Positions 40,211 to 50,208 of a stretch of DNA of 64,000 bases are shown here, piece by piece. This DNA comes from Acidimicrobiales bacterium (GTDB lineage: Bacteria > Actinomycetota > Acidimicrobiia > Acidimicrobiales > WLNW01): NCBI GenBank assembly GCA_035525225.1, contig DATLFA010000061.1, positions 128,180 to 192,179 on the forward strand. The letters are read 5' to 3'. The notes under the pieces were generated by a model that worked only from the letters and a program-made list of their open reading frames with translations, ran no database searches and was not told the DNA's origin. The translations under genes and the position numbers were made by a program. The first letter of the stretch is position 1, and each line of letters begins with the position of its first letter.

Positions 40211-41748
40211 CAGACCAGCCGCGCGATCCTCGGAAGCCGGGCGATCCCGAGTCTGGCCCGCCCGACCTTCGTGAACTGTTGTCGGCCGTCGAACCGCCGG
40301 CGCACCGCCCCGAGTTCTGGCGAGCGCTCGATGCGCGGATCGATCTCGTCACCGTGCTGCGCGACGCGGAGACGCCCCAACATCACGAAGGCTTCTGGCC
40401 GTCGTTCGATGCCGCGCTGCGGGCCGAGCCCGAACGCCAATTCGAAACGGCCGAAGTCGTCACGCTGCGCACCACGGTGTTCGACGACGCGCTGCCTCCG
40501 ACCAAGAGGGCGCGCCGCAATCGCCCGCGCCAACCGTGGTCTCGCCGGCGCCTCGAAACGCTCGTGCAGCTGTCCGCCGCAGCCGCGGTGCTGGCCCTCT
40601 TGGCCGGGGCGTTGGCGTGGTGGGGCACCCGTGAACCGGGCGACACCATCGCTGCCACCGGGCCGGAGAACACGCGGCCGACCACGACCACCGTCGCCGG
40701 CCCGCCGACGAGCATCCTCGCGCCACCCTTGTACACCGACAGCAGCCGTATCGACGACGTCCAGACCGCGCCGCTGGCTCGCGGCTCGGTGCCCGTGGGC
40801 GCGTCGCCCGACGGCAAGTTCCTCTACATGGCGGCCCCCGCGCAGTCGAACGAGCGCTGTACGTTCAGCCCGAACAGCGCGCTGTCGACGGCGGCGATGT
40901 GGTTGTACGCCCAGCCCGTCGACGGGTCCTCGCCGGGGCGCCGCATCCTCACCGACCGCGTCTTCGCCGACCCGAAGATGGTGGCCGGACCGAGCGAGAA
41001 AGTGGTCGTTTCCGATTCGTGCAACGGCGCGACCACCCACCTGATCGCCAGCGCCGAACAGAACGGGGCACTCAGCACCGATCGCGTGGTCGCATCGCCA
41101 CCGGCTACGCCCCTGGCCGTCGATGGCGCGGCGTGGTCGGCCAGCGGCACCGGGCTCTACTTGCGGGCCGAGGGCGCCGCCGGTTGGTTCCGCTACGACC
41201 TGGCCAGTGGGGGCGAACCGAGCCCCGTGCCCGAGATCTCGCCCGCCGCCCAGGTGGTCGAGCAGTTGGTCAACGAGCAGCTCGTCTCGGTCACCCGGCG
41301 ATCCGGCGCCGCGACCTGGGCCGTGTCGGTGGGGAACAGCGAGGTCGTCGCCATCGGCGCGCCGAGCCACAACGATTTCGCCCGGGCCGTGCGCGTCGAC
41401 ACCGGTCACGGGCAGTTGGCCATCGCGGGCAAGGACACGTTGCTGGTGCTCACCGCCCGCGCCGCGGGCGTCGTCGACGTGAGTACGTTCAAATACGCCG
41501 CAGAGGCCGTGACGTGGGCTGCCGACGGCAACGGGCTCGTGGCCGCGCCGGTTACCGGCGGGCTCGATTACCTGACCTTCGTCCCGAGCGCCGCCAACCA
41601 GCTCACCACGGTGTCGCTCGGCTACTCGGGCGTCGCCTACAGCGTGCTCTCGGTGCCGACCTCGTCGTCGCTGGTCATCCGCCAGGCCGTGGCCGAAGGC
41701 GACAATCGCGTCGCCGGCGAGGCCTACCTCCTCAAGCTCACCTCCTAA
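40207..41748 (+). CDS. Putative anti-sigma factor: single-pass membrane protein with a large extracytoplasmic domain
   Basis: ATG 40207 overlaps the sigma stop (ATGA), inside track ORF 39880..41748. Transmembrane segment LVQLSAAAAVLALLAGALAWW is followed by ~330 aa with SPDGKFLY-type segments that suggest a beta-propeller. Function is inferred from position only. Confidence 0.5.
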   Translation: MTDQPRDPRKPGDPESGPPDLRELLSAVEPPAHRPEFWRALDARIDLVTVLRDAETPQHHEGFWPSFDAALRAEPERQFETAEVVTLRTTVFDDALPPTKRARRNRPRQPWSRRRLETLVQLSAAAAVLALLAGALAWWGTREPGDTIAATGPENTRPTTTTVAGPPTSILAPPLYTDSSRIDDVQTAPLARGSVPVGASPDGKFLYMAAPAQSNERCTFSPNSALSTAAMWLYAQPVDGSSPGRRILTDRVFADPKMVAGPSEKVVVSDSCNGATTHLIASAEQNGALSTDRVVASPPATPLAVDGAAWSASGTGLYLRAEGAAGWFRYDLASGGEPSPVPEISPAAQVVEQLVNEQLVSVTRRSGAATWAVSVGNSEVVAIGAPSHNDFARAVRVDTGHGQLAIAGKDTLLVLTARAAGVVDVSTFKYAAEAVTWAADGNGLVAAPVTGGLDYLTFVPSAANQLTTVSLGYSGVAYSVLSVPTSSSLVIRQAVAEGDNRVAGEAYLLKLTS

Positions 41749-41811
41749 CGGAGAGAAAAAGTAGGTGCGAGACGGGCGGGGGCGGCGCTAACGTTCGAGC
41801 TTGACCGTGAA

Positions 41812-41831
41812 GCGGGTCCAGTGAGGCCCGC
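41812..41831 (+). promoter_or_regulatory. Candidate PyrR-binding RNA hairpin in the pyrR leader
   Basis: GCGGG-TCCAGTGAGG-CCCGC. The loop resembles the PyrR binding-loop consensus (UCCAGAGAGG). The hairpin ends 3 nt before the GAAAGAGG SD of pyrR (GTG 41849). Confidence 0.6.
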
Positions 41832-41848
41832 ACGGAAAGAGGTAGCCA

Positions 41849-42415
41849 GTGGCTGAAAGAGAACGTCGTCTCGCGCCCCCGTATGGGGGCGCTTTCGTTG
41901 CCCGCAAGCAGGTGATGTCGTCCGCCGACGTCCAGCGGGCCACCAAACGCATGGCGCACGAGATCCTCGAGCGCAACAAGGGTCTCGACGGAGTGATCAT
42001 CGTCGGGTTGCAGACCGGTGGTGTGCCGATCGCCGAACGCATCGCCGATGCGCTCGAACAGATCGAAGGGCACCGGCCGCCCGTCGGCATGGTCGATGTC
42101 GCCTTGCACCGCGACGACATCGGGTTGCGCCCGGTGCTGCCGCAAGCGCCGTCGCACATCCCCGAAGACGTCAACGGCGCCATCGTCGTGCTCGTCGACG
42201 ACGTGCTCTTCACCGGGCGCACTGTTCGCGCCGCGCTCGACGCGGTGCACAGCTACGGCCGTCCTCGCGCCGTGCAACTTGCGGTGATGGTCGACCGCGG
42301 CCATCGCGAGTTGCCGATCCGCCCCGACTACGTGGGCAAGAACCTTCCCACCCGCCGGGACGAAGTAGTCAATGTCTACGACGACGGCGTCGATATCGGG
42401 GAGATGCAGAAGTGA
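41849..42415 (+). CDS. pyrR: Bifunctional pyr operon regulator / uracil phosphoribosyltransferase
   Basis: Track ORF of 188 aa. VVLVDDVLFTGRTVRAAL is the PRPP-binding motif; overall PyrR pattern. Confidence 0.9.
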   Translation: MAERERRLAPPYGGAFVARKQVMSSADVQRATKRMAHEILERNKGLDGVIIVGLQTGGVPIAERIADALEQIEGHRPPVGMVDVALHRDDIGLRPVLPQAPSHIPEDVNGAIVVLVDDVLFTGRTVRAALDAVHSYGRPRAVQLAVMVDRGHRELPIRPDYVGKNLPTRRDEVVNVYDDGVDIGEMQK

Positions 42416-43371
42416 AGCACCTCTTGTCGATCGAAGACCTCGGCGGCGACGGCATCACCGCCCTGCTCGAATTGACCGACCGATTCGTCGAAGTCAGCGA
42501 GCGGCGCATCCCCAAGGTGCCCGCGCTGCTCGGTAAGACCGTCGTGTCGCTCTTCTATGAAGACTCCACCCGCACCCGCCTGTCCTTCGAGACTGCGGCC
42601 AAGCGCCTCTCCGCCGACACGATGAACTTCAGCGTCGGTACCTCTTCGGTGAACAAGGGCGAGTCGTTGCGCGACACCGTCGAGACGATCGAAGCGATGG
42701 GCGTCGACGCGATCGTCGTGCGCCATGGCTCGGCCGGCGTGCCGTGGCAGATCACCGGCTGGGTCGACTGCTCGGTGATCAACGCCGGCGACGGAGGCCA
42801 CGAGCATCCGACGCAAGCGCTGCTCGACAGCTACACCATCCGCCAGCATTGCGGAACGCTCTCCGGCCGTCACATCGCCATCGTGGGCGACATCAAGCAC
42901 AGCCGGGTCGCTCGTAGCGATCTGCTGGCGTTCGTCGCGCTCGGCGCCGAAGTCACCCTCGTCGCACCGCAGACATTGCTGCCGGCGCGGCTCGACGGAT
43001 GGCCGGTAAAGGTGAGCCACGATCTCGACGCGGTGCTGCCCTCGGCCGACGTGGTGTACCTGTTACGCATGCAGCGGGAGCGCATGAACGAGATGTTGAT
43101 CCCGTCATTGCGCGAGTACACGACGTGTTACGGCATGACCATCGAACGCGCGGCTCGGCTACCGAAGAACGCCCTCATCATGCATCCCGGCCCGATGAAC
43201 CGCGGCGTCGAGATCTCGGCCCAGGTGGCCGGCCTGCCCAACGCGGTCATCATCGACCAGGTCAAGAACGGTGTCGCGGTGCGCATGGCGGTGCTGTTCT
43301 TGCTCCTCGGCAGCGGCTACGGGCTCGCGAGCGCGCCTGACGACATCAATTCGAACGGAGACCACAAGTGA
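42412..43371 (+). CDS. pyrB: Aspartate carbamoyltransferase catalytic subunit
   Basis: Track ORF of 319 aa with a GTGA overlap. FYEDSTRTRLSFE, HPTQALLD and HPGPMNRGVE. Confidence 0.95.
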   Translation: MKHLLSIEDLGGDGITALLELTDRFVEVSERRIPKVPALLGKTVVSLFYEDSTRTRLSFETAAKRLSADTMNFSVGTSSVNKGESLRDTVETIEAMGVDAIVVRHGSAGVPWQITGWVDCSVINAGDGGHEHPTQALLDSYTIRQHCGTLSGRHIAIVGDIKHSRVARSDLLAFVALGAEVTLVAPQTLLPARLDGWPVKVSHDLDAVLPSADVVYLLRMQRERMNEMLIPSLREYTTCYGMTIERAARLPKNALIMHPGPMNRGVEISAQVAGLPNAVIIDQVKNGVAVRMAVLFLLLGSGYGLASAPDDINSNGDHK

Positions 43372-44675
43372 ACCGCAGCGCAACGTTGGCGATACGCGGG
43401 GGGACCGTGGTCGACGCCGGTGGGTCGCGCCGTGCCGATGTGCTCGTCGGTGCCGATGGCGTCATCCTCGACGTCGGTCGAGATCTCGACGGCGATCGCA
43501 CGCTCGATGCCACGGGATGCTTCGTGGGCCCGGGTCTGGTCGACTTGCACACGCATCTGCGCGAGCCGGGCAAGGAAGAAGCCGAGACGATCGAATCCGG
43601 CGCGCGGGGCGCGGCGCTGGGTGGCTTCACCGCAGTGGTGGCGATGCCCAACACCGATCCGACGATGGACAGCGCGTCGGTGGTGCGCGATGTCCTCGCG
43701 CTCGCGCGCGGTGTCTGTTGCGAAGTGTTCCCGTCTGCCGCGATCACCGTCGGTCGTCGCGGCGAGTCGTTGTCGCCGATGGCCGAGCTCGTCGGGCTCG
43801 GCGTGCGGATGTTCACCGATGACGGCACCGGCGTGCAGGACACGCGCTTGATGCGCCGGGCCTTCGAATACGCGAGCGGCCTGGCGCCGTTTGCCGGTGG
43901 CGCCTCGATCACCATGGCGCAACACTGCGAGGTGACGGCGCTCGCCGAGGGCGGCCACATGAACGAAGGACTGTGGTCGGTCAAGCTCGGCATCCCCGGC
44001 CAGCCGGCCGAGTCCGAAGAGCTCATGGTGATGCGCGACCTCGCGTTGGCCCGTCTGACCGGCGGCCGTGTGCACTTCCAGCACTTGTCCACGGCCGGTT
44101 CGGTGGCCATGGTGCGCGCGGCCAAAGATGGCGGCTTGCGCGTGACCGCCGAGGCAACGCCGCATCACTTCACGCTGACCGACGAGTGTTGTGCGACCTA
44201 CGACGCGGTCTTCAAGGTCAATCCGCCGCTGCGTACCGACAGTGACGTTGCGGCAGTTCGTGCCGGTCTCGCGGACGGCACCATCGACGCGATTGCCACC
44301 GACCACGCTCCACACGCGGCGCACGACAAAGAGTTGCCATTCGACCAGGCGCCGCCCGGCATGCTCGGCCTCGAGACCGCGCTCTCGCTCGCCCACGGCG
44401 AGTTGGGGCTCACCGTCGAGCGTCTGTTCGCGCTGATGTCACGGCAGCCGGCGGCGATTGCCGGTATCACTGATCTTCACGGCGGGCCCGTCGTCGCCGG
44501 ACGCATCGCGAACCTGTGTGTCTTCGACCCGAGCGTCGAATGGACCGTGCGGGGCGAGACGATGGCTTCCAAGTCTCGTAACACGCCGTTCGAGGGCCGC
44601 GCGATGCGAGGCAGAGTGCGCCACACGATCTTTCACGGACAACCTGTTGTCGAAGATGGAGTAGCCCAACGATGA
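43368..44675 (+). CDS. pyrC: Dihydroorotase
   Basis: Track ORF of 435 aa with a GTGA overlap. VDLHTHLREPG, FTDDG and ATDHAPH. Confidence 0.9.
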   Translation: MNRSATLAIRGGTVVDAGGSRRADVLVGADGVILDVGRDLDGDRTLDATGCFVGPGLVDLHTHLREPGKEEAETIESGARGAALGGFTAVVAMPNTDPTMDSASVVRDVLALARGVCCEVFPSAAITVGRRGESLSPMAELVGLGVRMFTDDGTGVQDTRLMRRAFEYASGLAPFAGGASITMAQHCEVTALAEGGHMNEGLWSVKLGIPGQPAESEELMVMRDLALARLTGGRVHFQHLSTAGSVAMVRAAKDGGLRVTAEATPHHFTLTDECCATYDAVFKVNPPLRTDSDVAAVRAGLADGTIDAIATDHAPHAAHDKELPFDQAPPGMLGLETALSLAHGELGLTVERLFALMSRQPAAIAGITDLHGGPVVAGRIANLCVFDPSVEWTVRGETMASKSRNTPFEGRAMRGRVRHTIFHGQPVVEDGVAQR

Positions 44676-45778
44676 CCACCACTATCCGCGAAGGACTGTT
44701 GGTGCTCGCCGACGGCACGACCTTCGAGGGCGAGATGATCGGCGCCACGGCGGGCAGTGCCATCGCCACCGGCGAGGTCGTGTTCAACACCGTGCTGTCG
44801 GGCTATCAAGAGGTCATCACCGATCCGTCCTACGCGGGGCAGATCATCACGTTCACCTACCCCCATATCGGCAACTACGGAGTGAACGACTTCGACGACG
44901 AGAGCGCCCGGCCATTTTGCCGTGGCGTCATCGTGCGCGATCTGGCGCGTCGGCGCAGCAACTGGCGGTCGACCGGCGACCTCGACGAGTTCCTCCGCAC
45001 GCATGGTGTGGCGGGCATCGCCGGGATCGACACGCGACGCCTCACGCGGCATCTGCGCGACTTCGGTGCCATCCCCGGCGCGTTCGGGTTCGTCGGTGAC
45101 GGCGGCGTCAGCGAGACCGCGCTCAAAGCGGCGGCGTTGGCCGAGCCCGGTACCGATGGCGTCGATCTCGTCGCCGAAGTCACGTGCCCCCGCCCGTATT
45201 CCGTCGGCAGCGGCCCGCGGCGCATCGTCGCCTACGACTTCGGGATGAAACGGTCGATCCTTCGCCAGCTCGGCGGGTTCGCCACCGTCGACGTGGTGCC
45301 CGCGTGGTTGCCGGCGTCGGAGATCATTGCGCATCGACCAGACGGCGTGTTCTTGTCGAACGGCCCCGGCGATCCGGCGATGGTCGAGCACGCCATCGAC
45401 AACATCCACGCGGTCATCGATGCCGGCATCCCGTTGTTCGGCATCTGCCTCGGACACCAGCTGTTGTCACGGGCGCTCGGCGGCACCACCTTCAAGCTGC
45501 CGTTCGGTCATCACGGCGGCAATCATCCCGTGCGCAATCTCGCGACCGGACACATCGAGATCACGAGCCAGAATCACAACTTCTGCGTCGACATGGATTC
45601 CTTGGCGGGCGTGGCCGAGCTTACCCATGTCAATCTCAACGACCAGACGGTCGAGGGCATGCACGTCGTCGGCGCCCGTGCCTTCAGCGTGCAGTATCAC
45701 CCCGAGGCGGGCCCCGGTCCGCACGACGCGCGTTACCTGTTCGACGAATTCAGCGCACTCATCGAAGGGAAGAAATGA
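44672..45778 (+). CDS. carA: Carbamoyl-phosphate synthase small (glutaminase) subunit
   Basis: Track ORF of 368 aa with an ATGA overlap. GYQEVITDPSYAGQI, GICLGHQLL and QYHPEA. Confidence 0.95.
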   Translation: MTTTIREGLLVLADGTTFEGEMIGATAGSAIATGEVVFNTVLSGYQEVITDPSYAGQIITFTYPHIGNYGVNDFDDESARPFCRGVIVRDLARRRSNWRSTGDLDEFLRTHGVAGIAGIDTRRLTRHLRDFGAIPGAFGFVGDGGVSETALKAAALAEPGTDGVDLVAEVTCPRPYSVGSGPRRIVAYDFGMKRSILRQLGGFATVDVVPAWLPASEIIAHRPDGVFLSNGPGDPAMVEHAIDNIHAVIDAGIPLFGICLGHQLLSRALGGTTFKLPFGHHGGNHPVRNLATGHIEITSQNHNFCVDMDSLAGVAELTHVNLNDQTVEGMHVVGARAFSVQYHPEAGPGPHDARYLFDEFSALIEGKK

Positions 45779-45919
45779 GAGTCAGGGAAGGTACCGACCG
45801 CGGCAACCCGCCCGGCGACCGACGCTGCGTGAGGGATGGCATCGACCAACCGTACGCGCCTGGCGACGTGCATGGTGTGACCACGCGCCTTCAAACGCGG
45901 CGAGCTGGGCAGGCTAGCC

Positions 45920-48900
45920 ATGCCGCGTAGAACCGATCTCGAGTCGATCCTCGTGATCGGGTCGGGTCCCATCGTCATCGGACAAGCGTGCGAGTTCGAC
46001 TATTCGGGTACGCAGGCGTGTCGCGTGTTGCGTGCCGAGGGCTACCGCGTCGTTCTCGCCAATTCGAATCCCGCGACGATCATGACCGACCCCGAATTCG
46101 CCGACGCGACCTATGTCGAGCCATTGCACGTCGACGTCATCTCGCGCATCATCGAGCGTGAACGACCCGACGCGGTGCTGCCCACGCTCGGCGGCCAGAC
46201 GGCGCTCAATCTCGCAATGGAACTGCATCGCAGTGGCGTGCTCGACACATATGGCGTCGAGATGATCGGTGCCAAAGCCGAGGCGATCGAGACGGCAGAG
46301 GATCGCGAGCAGTTCAAGCAGGCCATGATCGAAGTCGGCCTCGCGGTGCCGGCCTCGGGCTCGGCGCACACGCTCGACGAGGCGATGGGCGTGATCGAAC
46401 GTATCGGCCTGCCCGTGATCATCCGGCCGGCCTACATCCTCGGTGGCAAAGGCACCGGCATCGCGTCGACCATGACCGAGTTCCGGGCGCTCGCATCGCT
46501 CGGGTTGGATGCGAGTCCGATCTCGGAGATCCTCATCGAGAAGTCGATCGCCGGTTGGAAGGAGTTCGAGCTCGAGGTCATGCGCGATCGAGCCGACAAT
46601 TGCGTCGTGATCTGTTCGATCGAGAACTTCGATCCGATGGGCGTGCATACCGGCGACTCGATCACCGTTGCGCCCGCGCAGACCCTCTCCGATGTCGAAT
46701 ACCAACTCATGCGCGACGCGGCCTTCACCTGCATCCGTCGAGTCGGCGTCGAGACCGGTGGGTCCAACGTGCAGTTCGCGGTCAACCCCCGCAACGGCGA
46801 TCAAGTGATCATCGAGATGAACCCGCACGTGTCGCGCAGCTCCGCGCTCGCGTCCAAGGCGACCGGTTTCCCCATCGCGAAGATGGCCGCGAAGTTGGCA
46901 GTGGGGTACACCCTCGACGAGATCCCCAACGACATCACGAAGAAGACACCCGCATCGTTCGAACCGACCATCGACTACGTCGTCACCAAGGTCCCGCGTT
47001 GGGCGTTCGAGAAGTTCGCCGGCACCTCGGGGGTGCTCGGCACGTCGATGCAGTCCGTCGGCGAGGCGATGGCCATCGGGCGCACGTTCCCCGAGTCGTT
47101 CCAAAAGGCTTTTCGCTCGCTCGAGCTCGGACGCTCGGGGCTCAACTGCGACGCGGCCGAGCGCAAGCTCGACACACTGCCCGATGACGAGCTCAAGGCC
47201 AAGGCGGCGGTGGCAACACCGGATCGGGCGTTCCAGGTCGAGGCGCTGCTGCGTCGCGGTTGCAGCGTCGAGGAAGTGGCCGAGCTCACCATGATCGATC
47301 CGTGGTTCATCGATCAGATCTCGGTGATCACCGATGAGCGTGCCCACCTCGCGACGAAGTCGGCCACGACGATGAGCGTGCGCGAATGGCGCAGGGCCAA
47401 GCAACTCGGCTTCGCCGACGCGCAGCTCGCGTACCTCTGGACGCAGAGCGAGGCCGAGGTTCGCGCGGCGCGTCTCGCCGCCGGTGTGCACCCGACGTTC
47501 AAGACCGTCGACACCTGTGGTGCCGAGTTCGCGGCGGAGACCCCTTATCACTATTCGACGTGGGAAGACGAAGACGAAGTGCGTCCGTCGACGCGGCAGA
47601 AGGTGATGATCCTCGGCTCGGGCCCGAATCGCATCGGCCAGGGGATCGAGTTCGACTACTGCTGCGTGCACGCGTCGTTCGCACTGCGCGACGCCGGCTT
47701 CGAGACCATCATGGTCAATTGCAACCCCGAAACGGTGTCGACCGACTACGACACCAGTGATCGGCTCTACTTCGAGCCGATCACCTACGAGGATGTCGCC
47801 AACATCATCGAGGCCGAGCAACCGATGGGCATCATCGTCGGTCTCGGTGGGCAGACTCCGCTCAAGCTGGCCGGTCTACTGCCTCCCGAGTTGGTCAAGG
47901 GCACGAGCGCGGCGTCGATCGATCTCGCCGAAGACCGCGAGCGGTGGAACGCGCTGTGCGCGCGGCTCGAGATCCCGCAGCCCGCGGGCGGCACCGCGCA
48001 GTCGTTCGCCGACGCTGCCGTCATCGTCGAACGTGTCGGATATCCAGTGTTGGTACGTCCTTCCTACGTGCTCGGCGGCCGGGCCATGGAGATCGTCTAT
48101 GACGACGCGGCGCTCGAACGCACGATGCACGAGCTCTCGCGCTTCGGCAGTTTGGGCATCGAAGGCGGGCTGTCGGCCGAGCGGCCGGTGCTCGTCGACC
48201 GCTTTCTCGAAGACGCCACCGAAGTCGACGTCGACGCGGTCCGCGATCACACGGGCGAGGTGCTCGTCGGCGCGGTGATGGAACACGTCGAAGAAGCAGG
48301 CGTGCACTCAGGCGACTCGGCGTGTGTCATACCCCCGCCCCATCTGTCGCTCGACACCATCACCGTGATCGAGGACTACACGCGCCGCATCGCGGAGGCC
48401 CTCGACGTACGCGGCTTGGTCAACGTGCAGTATGCCGTCAAGGGAAGTCAGGTCTTCGTCATCGAGGCCAATCCCCGAGCGTCGCGGACCGTGCCGTTCG
48501 TCGCGAAAGCGACTGGCGTACCACTGGTGAAGATCGCGGCGCGCGTGATGCTCGGCGCGACCCTCGACGAGTTGCGTGAGGCCGGATTGCTCGCGCCGCC
48601 GGTGGTCGGCGATCACGTTGCGGTCAAAGAGGCAGTGCTGCCATTCAACCGATTCCCCGAGGCCGACGCGGTGCTCGGGCCCGAGATGCGCTCGACCGGC
48701 GAGGTCATGGGCATCGACCTCACCACCGGTCTCGCGTTCATGAAGAGCCAGATCGCGGCCGGTGGTCCGTTGCCGGAAAAGGGCACCGTGTTCCTCTCGC
48801 TGGCCGACCGCGACAAGGTGCTCGGTTGTGAAGCGGGCGAACTGTTCCACCAACTCGGCTTCTCGCTCGTCGCGACGACGGGCACCGCGGCCGCGCTGCG

Positions 48901-49213
48901 CGCCGCCGGCATCCCCGTGGCCAAACTCGTGGCCAAGCTCGACGAAGAGGGCGAGGACGGCGTCGACTTGATCAACCGTGGTGAAATCCATCTCGTGATC
49001 AACAGCCCGCGCGGTCGCGGACCGAGAGCCGACGGTGCGCATATCCGCGCGGCCGCGCAACGCAACAACGTGCCGTTGCTCACCACCGCTTCGGCGGGGT
49101 TGGCCGCCGCGCTCGGCATGCTCGATTGGTCACGTCACCGGTTGCAGGTGCGCACGCTGCAGGAGTACCACCGCGGCGTGTGGCGAGCCGAGCAATTCGG
49201 CTGGGACGACTGA
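45920..49213 (+). CDS. carB: Carbamoyl-phosphate synthase large subunit
   Basis: Track ORF of 1097 aa. N-terminal [33 protein letters not shown], duplicated ATP-grasp halves and an MGS-like C-terminus. Confidence 0.95.
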   Translation: MPRRTDLESILVIGSGPIVIGQACEFDYSGTQACRVLRAEGYRVVLANSNPATIMTDPEFADATYVEPLHVDVISRIIERERPDAVLPTLGGQTALNLAMELHRSGVLDTYGVEMIGAKAEAIETAEDREQFKQAMIEVGLAVPASGSAHTLDEAMGVIERIGLPVIIRPAYILGGKGTGIASTMTEFRALASLGLDASPISEILIEKSIAGWKEFELEVMRDRADNCVVICSIENFDPMGVHTGDSITVAPAQTLSDVEYQLMRDAAFTCIRRVGVETGGSNVQFAVNPRNGDQVIIEMNPHVSRSSALASKATGFPIAKMAAKLAVGYTLDEIPNDITKKTPASFEPTIDYVVTKVPRWAFEKFAGTSGVLGTSMQSVGEAMAIGRTFPESFQKAFRSLELGRSGLNCDAAERKLDTLPDDELKAKAAVATPDRAFQVEALLRRGCSVEEVAELTMIDPWFIDQISVITDERAHLATKSATTMSVREWRRAKQLGFADAQLAYLWTQSEAEVRAARLAAGVHPTFKTVDTCGAEFAAETPYHYSTWEDEDEVRPSTRQKVMILGSGPNRIGQGIEFDYCCVHASFALRDAGFETIMVNCNPETVSTDYDTSDRLYFEPITYEDVANIIEAEQPMGIIVGLGGQTPLKLAGLLPPELVKGTSAASIDLAEDRERWNALCARLEIPQPAGGTAQSFADAAVIVERVGYPVLVRPSYVLGGRAMEIVYDDAALERTMHELSRFGSLGIEGGLSAERPVLVDRFLEDATEVDVDAVRDHTGEVLVGAVMEHVEEAGVHSGDSACVIPPPHLSLDTITVIEDYTRRIAEALDVRGLVNVQYAVKGSQVFVIEANPRASRTVPFVAKATGVPLVKIAARVMLGATLDELREAGLLAPPVVGDHVAVKEAVLPFNRFPEADAVLGPEMRSTGEVMGIDLTTGLAFMKSQIAAGGPLPEKGTVFLSLADRDKVLGCEAGELFHQLGFSLVATTGTAAALRAAGIPVAKLVAKLDEEGEDGVDLINRGEIHLVINSPRGRGPRADGAHIRAAAQRNNVPLLTTASAGLAAALGMLDWSRHRLQVRTLQEYHRGVWRAEQFGWDD

Positions 49214-50208
49214 TGCGGCGTCCGCGCCACGAGAAGGCCGGCGAGCCCGTCGACCTCACGGTGCGCGTCGGGTCCCTCACGTTGCCCAACCCGATCATGT
49301 CGGCATCCGGCACGGCGGGGCACGGCGCAGAGTTGTCCCGCTACTTCGACCTTTCCTCGCTCGGTGCGATCGTCGTCAAGTCGCTGTCTCCGCTGCCGTG
49401 GGCGGGCAACCCGCCACCGCGTGTGCACGAGACGGCAGCGGGGATGATCAACAGCGTCGGCCTCCAGGGTCCGGGCGTCGAAGCATGGCTCGAGCACGAA
49501 CTGCCTGCGCTCGAACGCACCGGCGCTCGGGTCGTCGCCAGCATCTGGGGCCGCACCGTGAACGAATTCGAGCGTGCCTCGGCGCTACTGGCCGATGCAC
49601 CGCCGTCGGTTGTCGCGGTCGAGGTCAACGTGTCGTGTCCAAATCTCGAAGATCGCAGCAAGATGTTCGCGCATTCGGCGTCGGCGACTTTCGACGTCAT
49701 CGCCGCGTCGGGAGCGTGCCGCCGGCCCCGCTGGGCAAAATTGAGCCCGAATACCTATGAGCTCGTCGACATCGCCGGCGCCGCGCGCGCGGCGGGCGCC
49801 GAGGCGGTCACGCTCGTCAACACCGTCCTCGGGATGGTCATCGACATCGACGAGCGGCGTCCGTTGCTGGGTGCGGCGCGCGGTGGATTGTCCGGTCGCG
49901 CCATCCATCCGGTTGCGGTGCGATCGGTGTTCGACTGCCGGGAAGCGCATCGGGATCTGCCGATTGTCGGAGTCGGCGGTGTAGCGTCCGCAGGCGATGC
50001 CATCGAGCTCATCATGGCCGGCGCAAACGCGGTACAAATCGGTACTGCTACTTTTGCCGACCCTCGAGCGATGGTGCGAATACTCGACGGCGTGCGCGAG
50101 TGGTGCCGACAACACGGTGTGAACACGCTCGACGAGATCCGTGATGTCGCGCACGCACACGCGCAGCCACAAGACCAAGCAATCAGGAGTGGAGCAAATC
50201 ATGGGTGA
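49213..50208 (+). CDS. pyrD: Dihydroorotate dehydrogenase, class 1 type (catalytic Cys)
   Basis: ATG 49213 overlaps the carB stop (TGATG), inside track ORF 49126..50208. MSASGTAG, NSVGLQGPG, VNVSCPN (Cys base = class 1) and GGLSGRAI. Confidence 0.85.
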   Translation: MRRPRHEKAGEPVDLTVRVGSLTLPNPIMSASGTAGHGAELSRYFDLSSLGAIVVKSLSPLPWAGNPPPRVHETAAGMINSVGLQGPGVEAWLEHELPALERTGARVVASIWGRTVNEFERASALLADAPPSVVAVEVNVSCPNLEDRSKMFAHSASATFDVIAASGACRRPRWAKLSPNTYELVDIAGAARAAGAEAVTLVNTVLGMVIDIDERRPLLGAARGGLSGRAIHPVAVRSVFDCREAHRDLPIVGVGGVASAGDAIELIMAGANAVQIGTATFADPRAMVRILDGVREWCRQHGVNTLDEIRDVAHAHAQPQDQAIRSGANHG

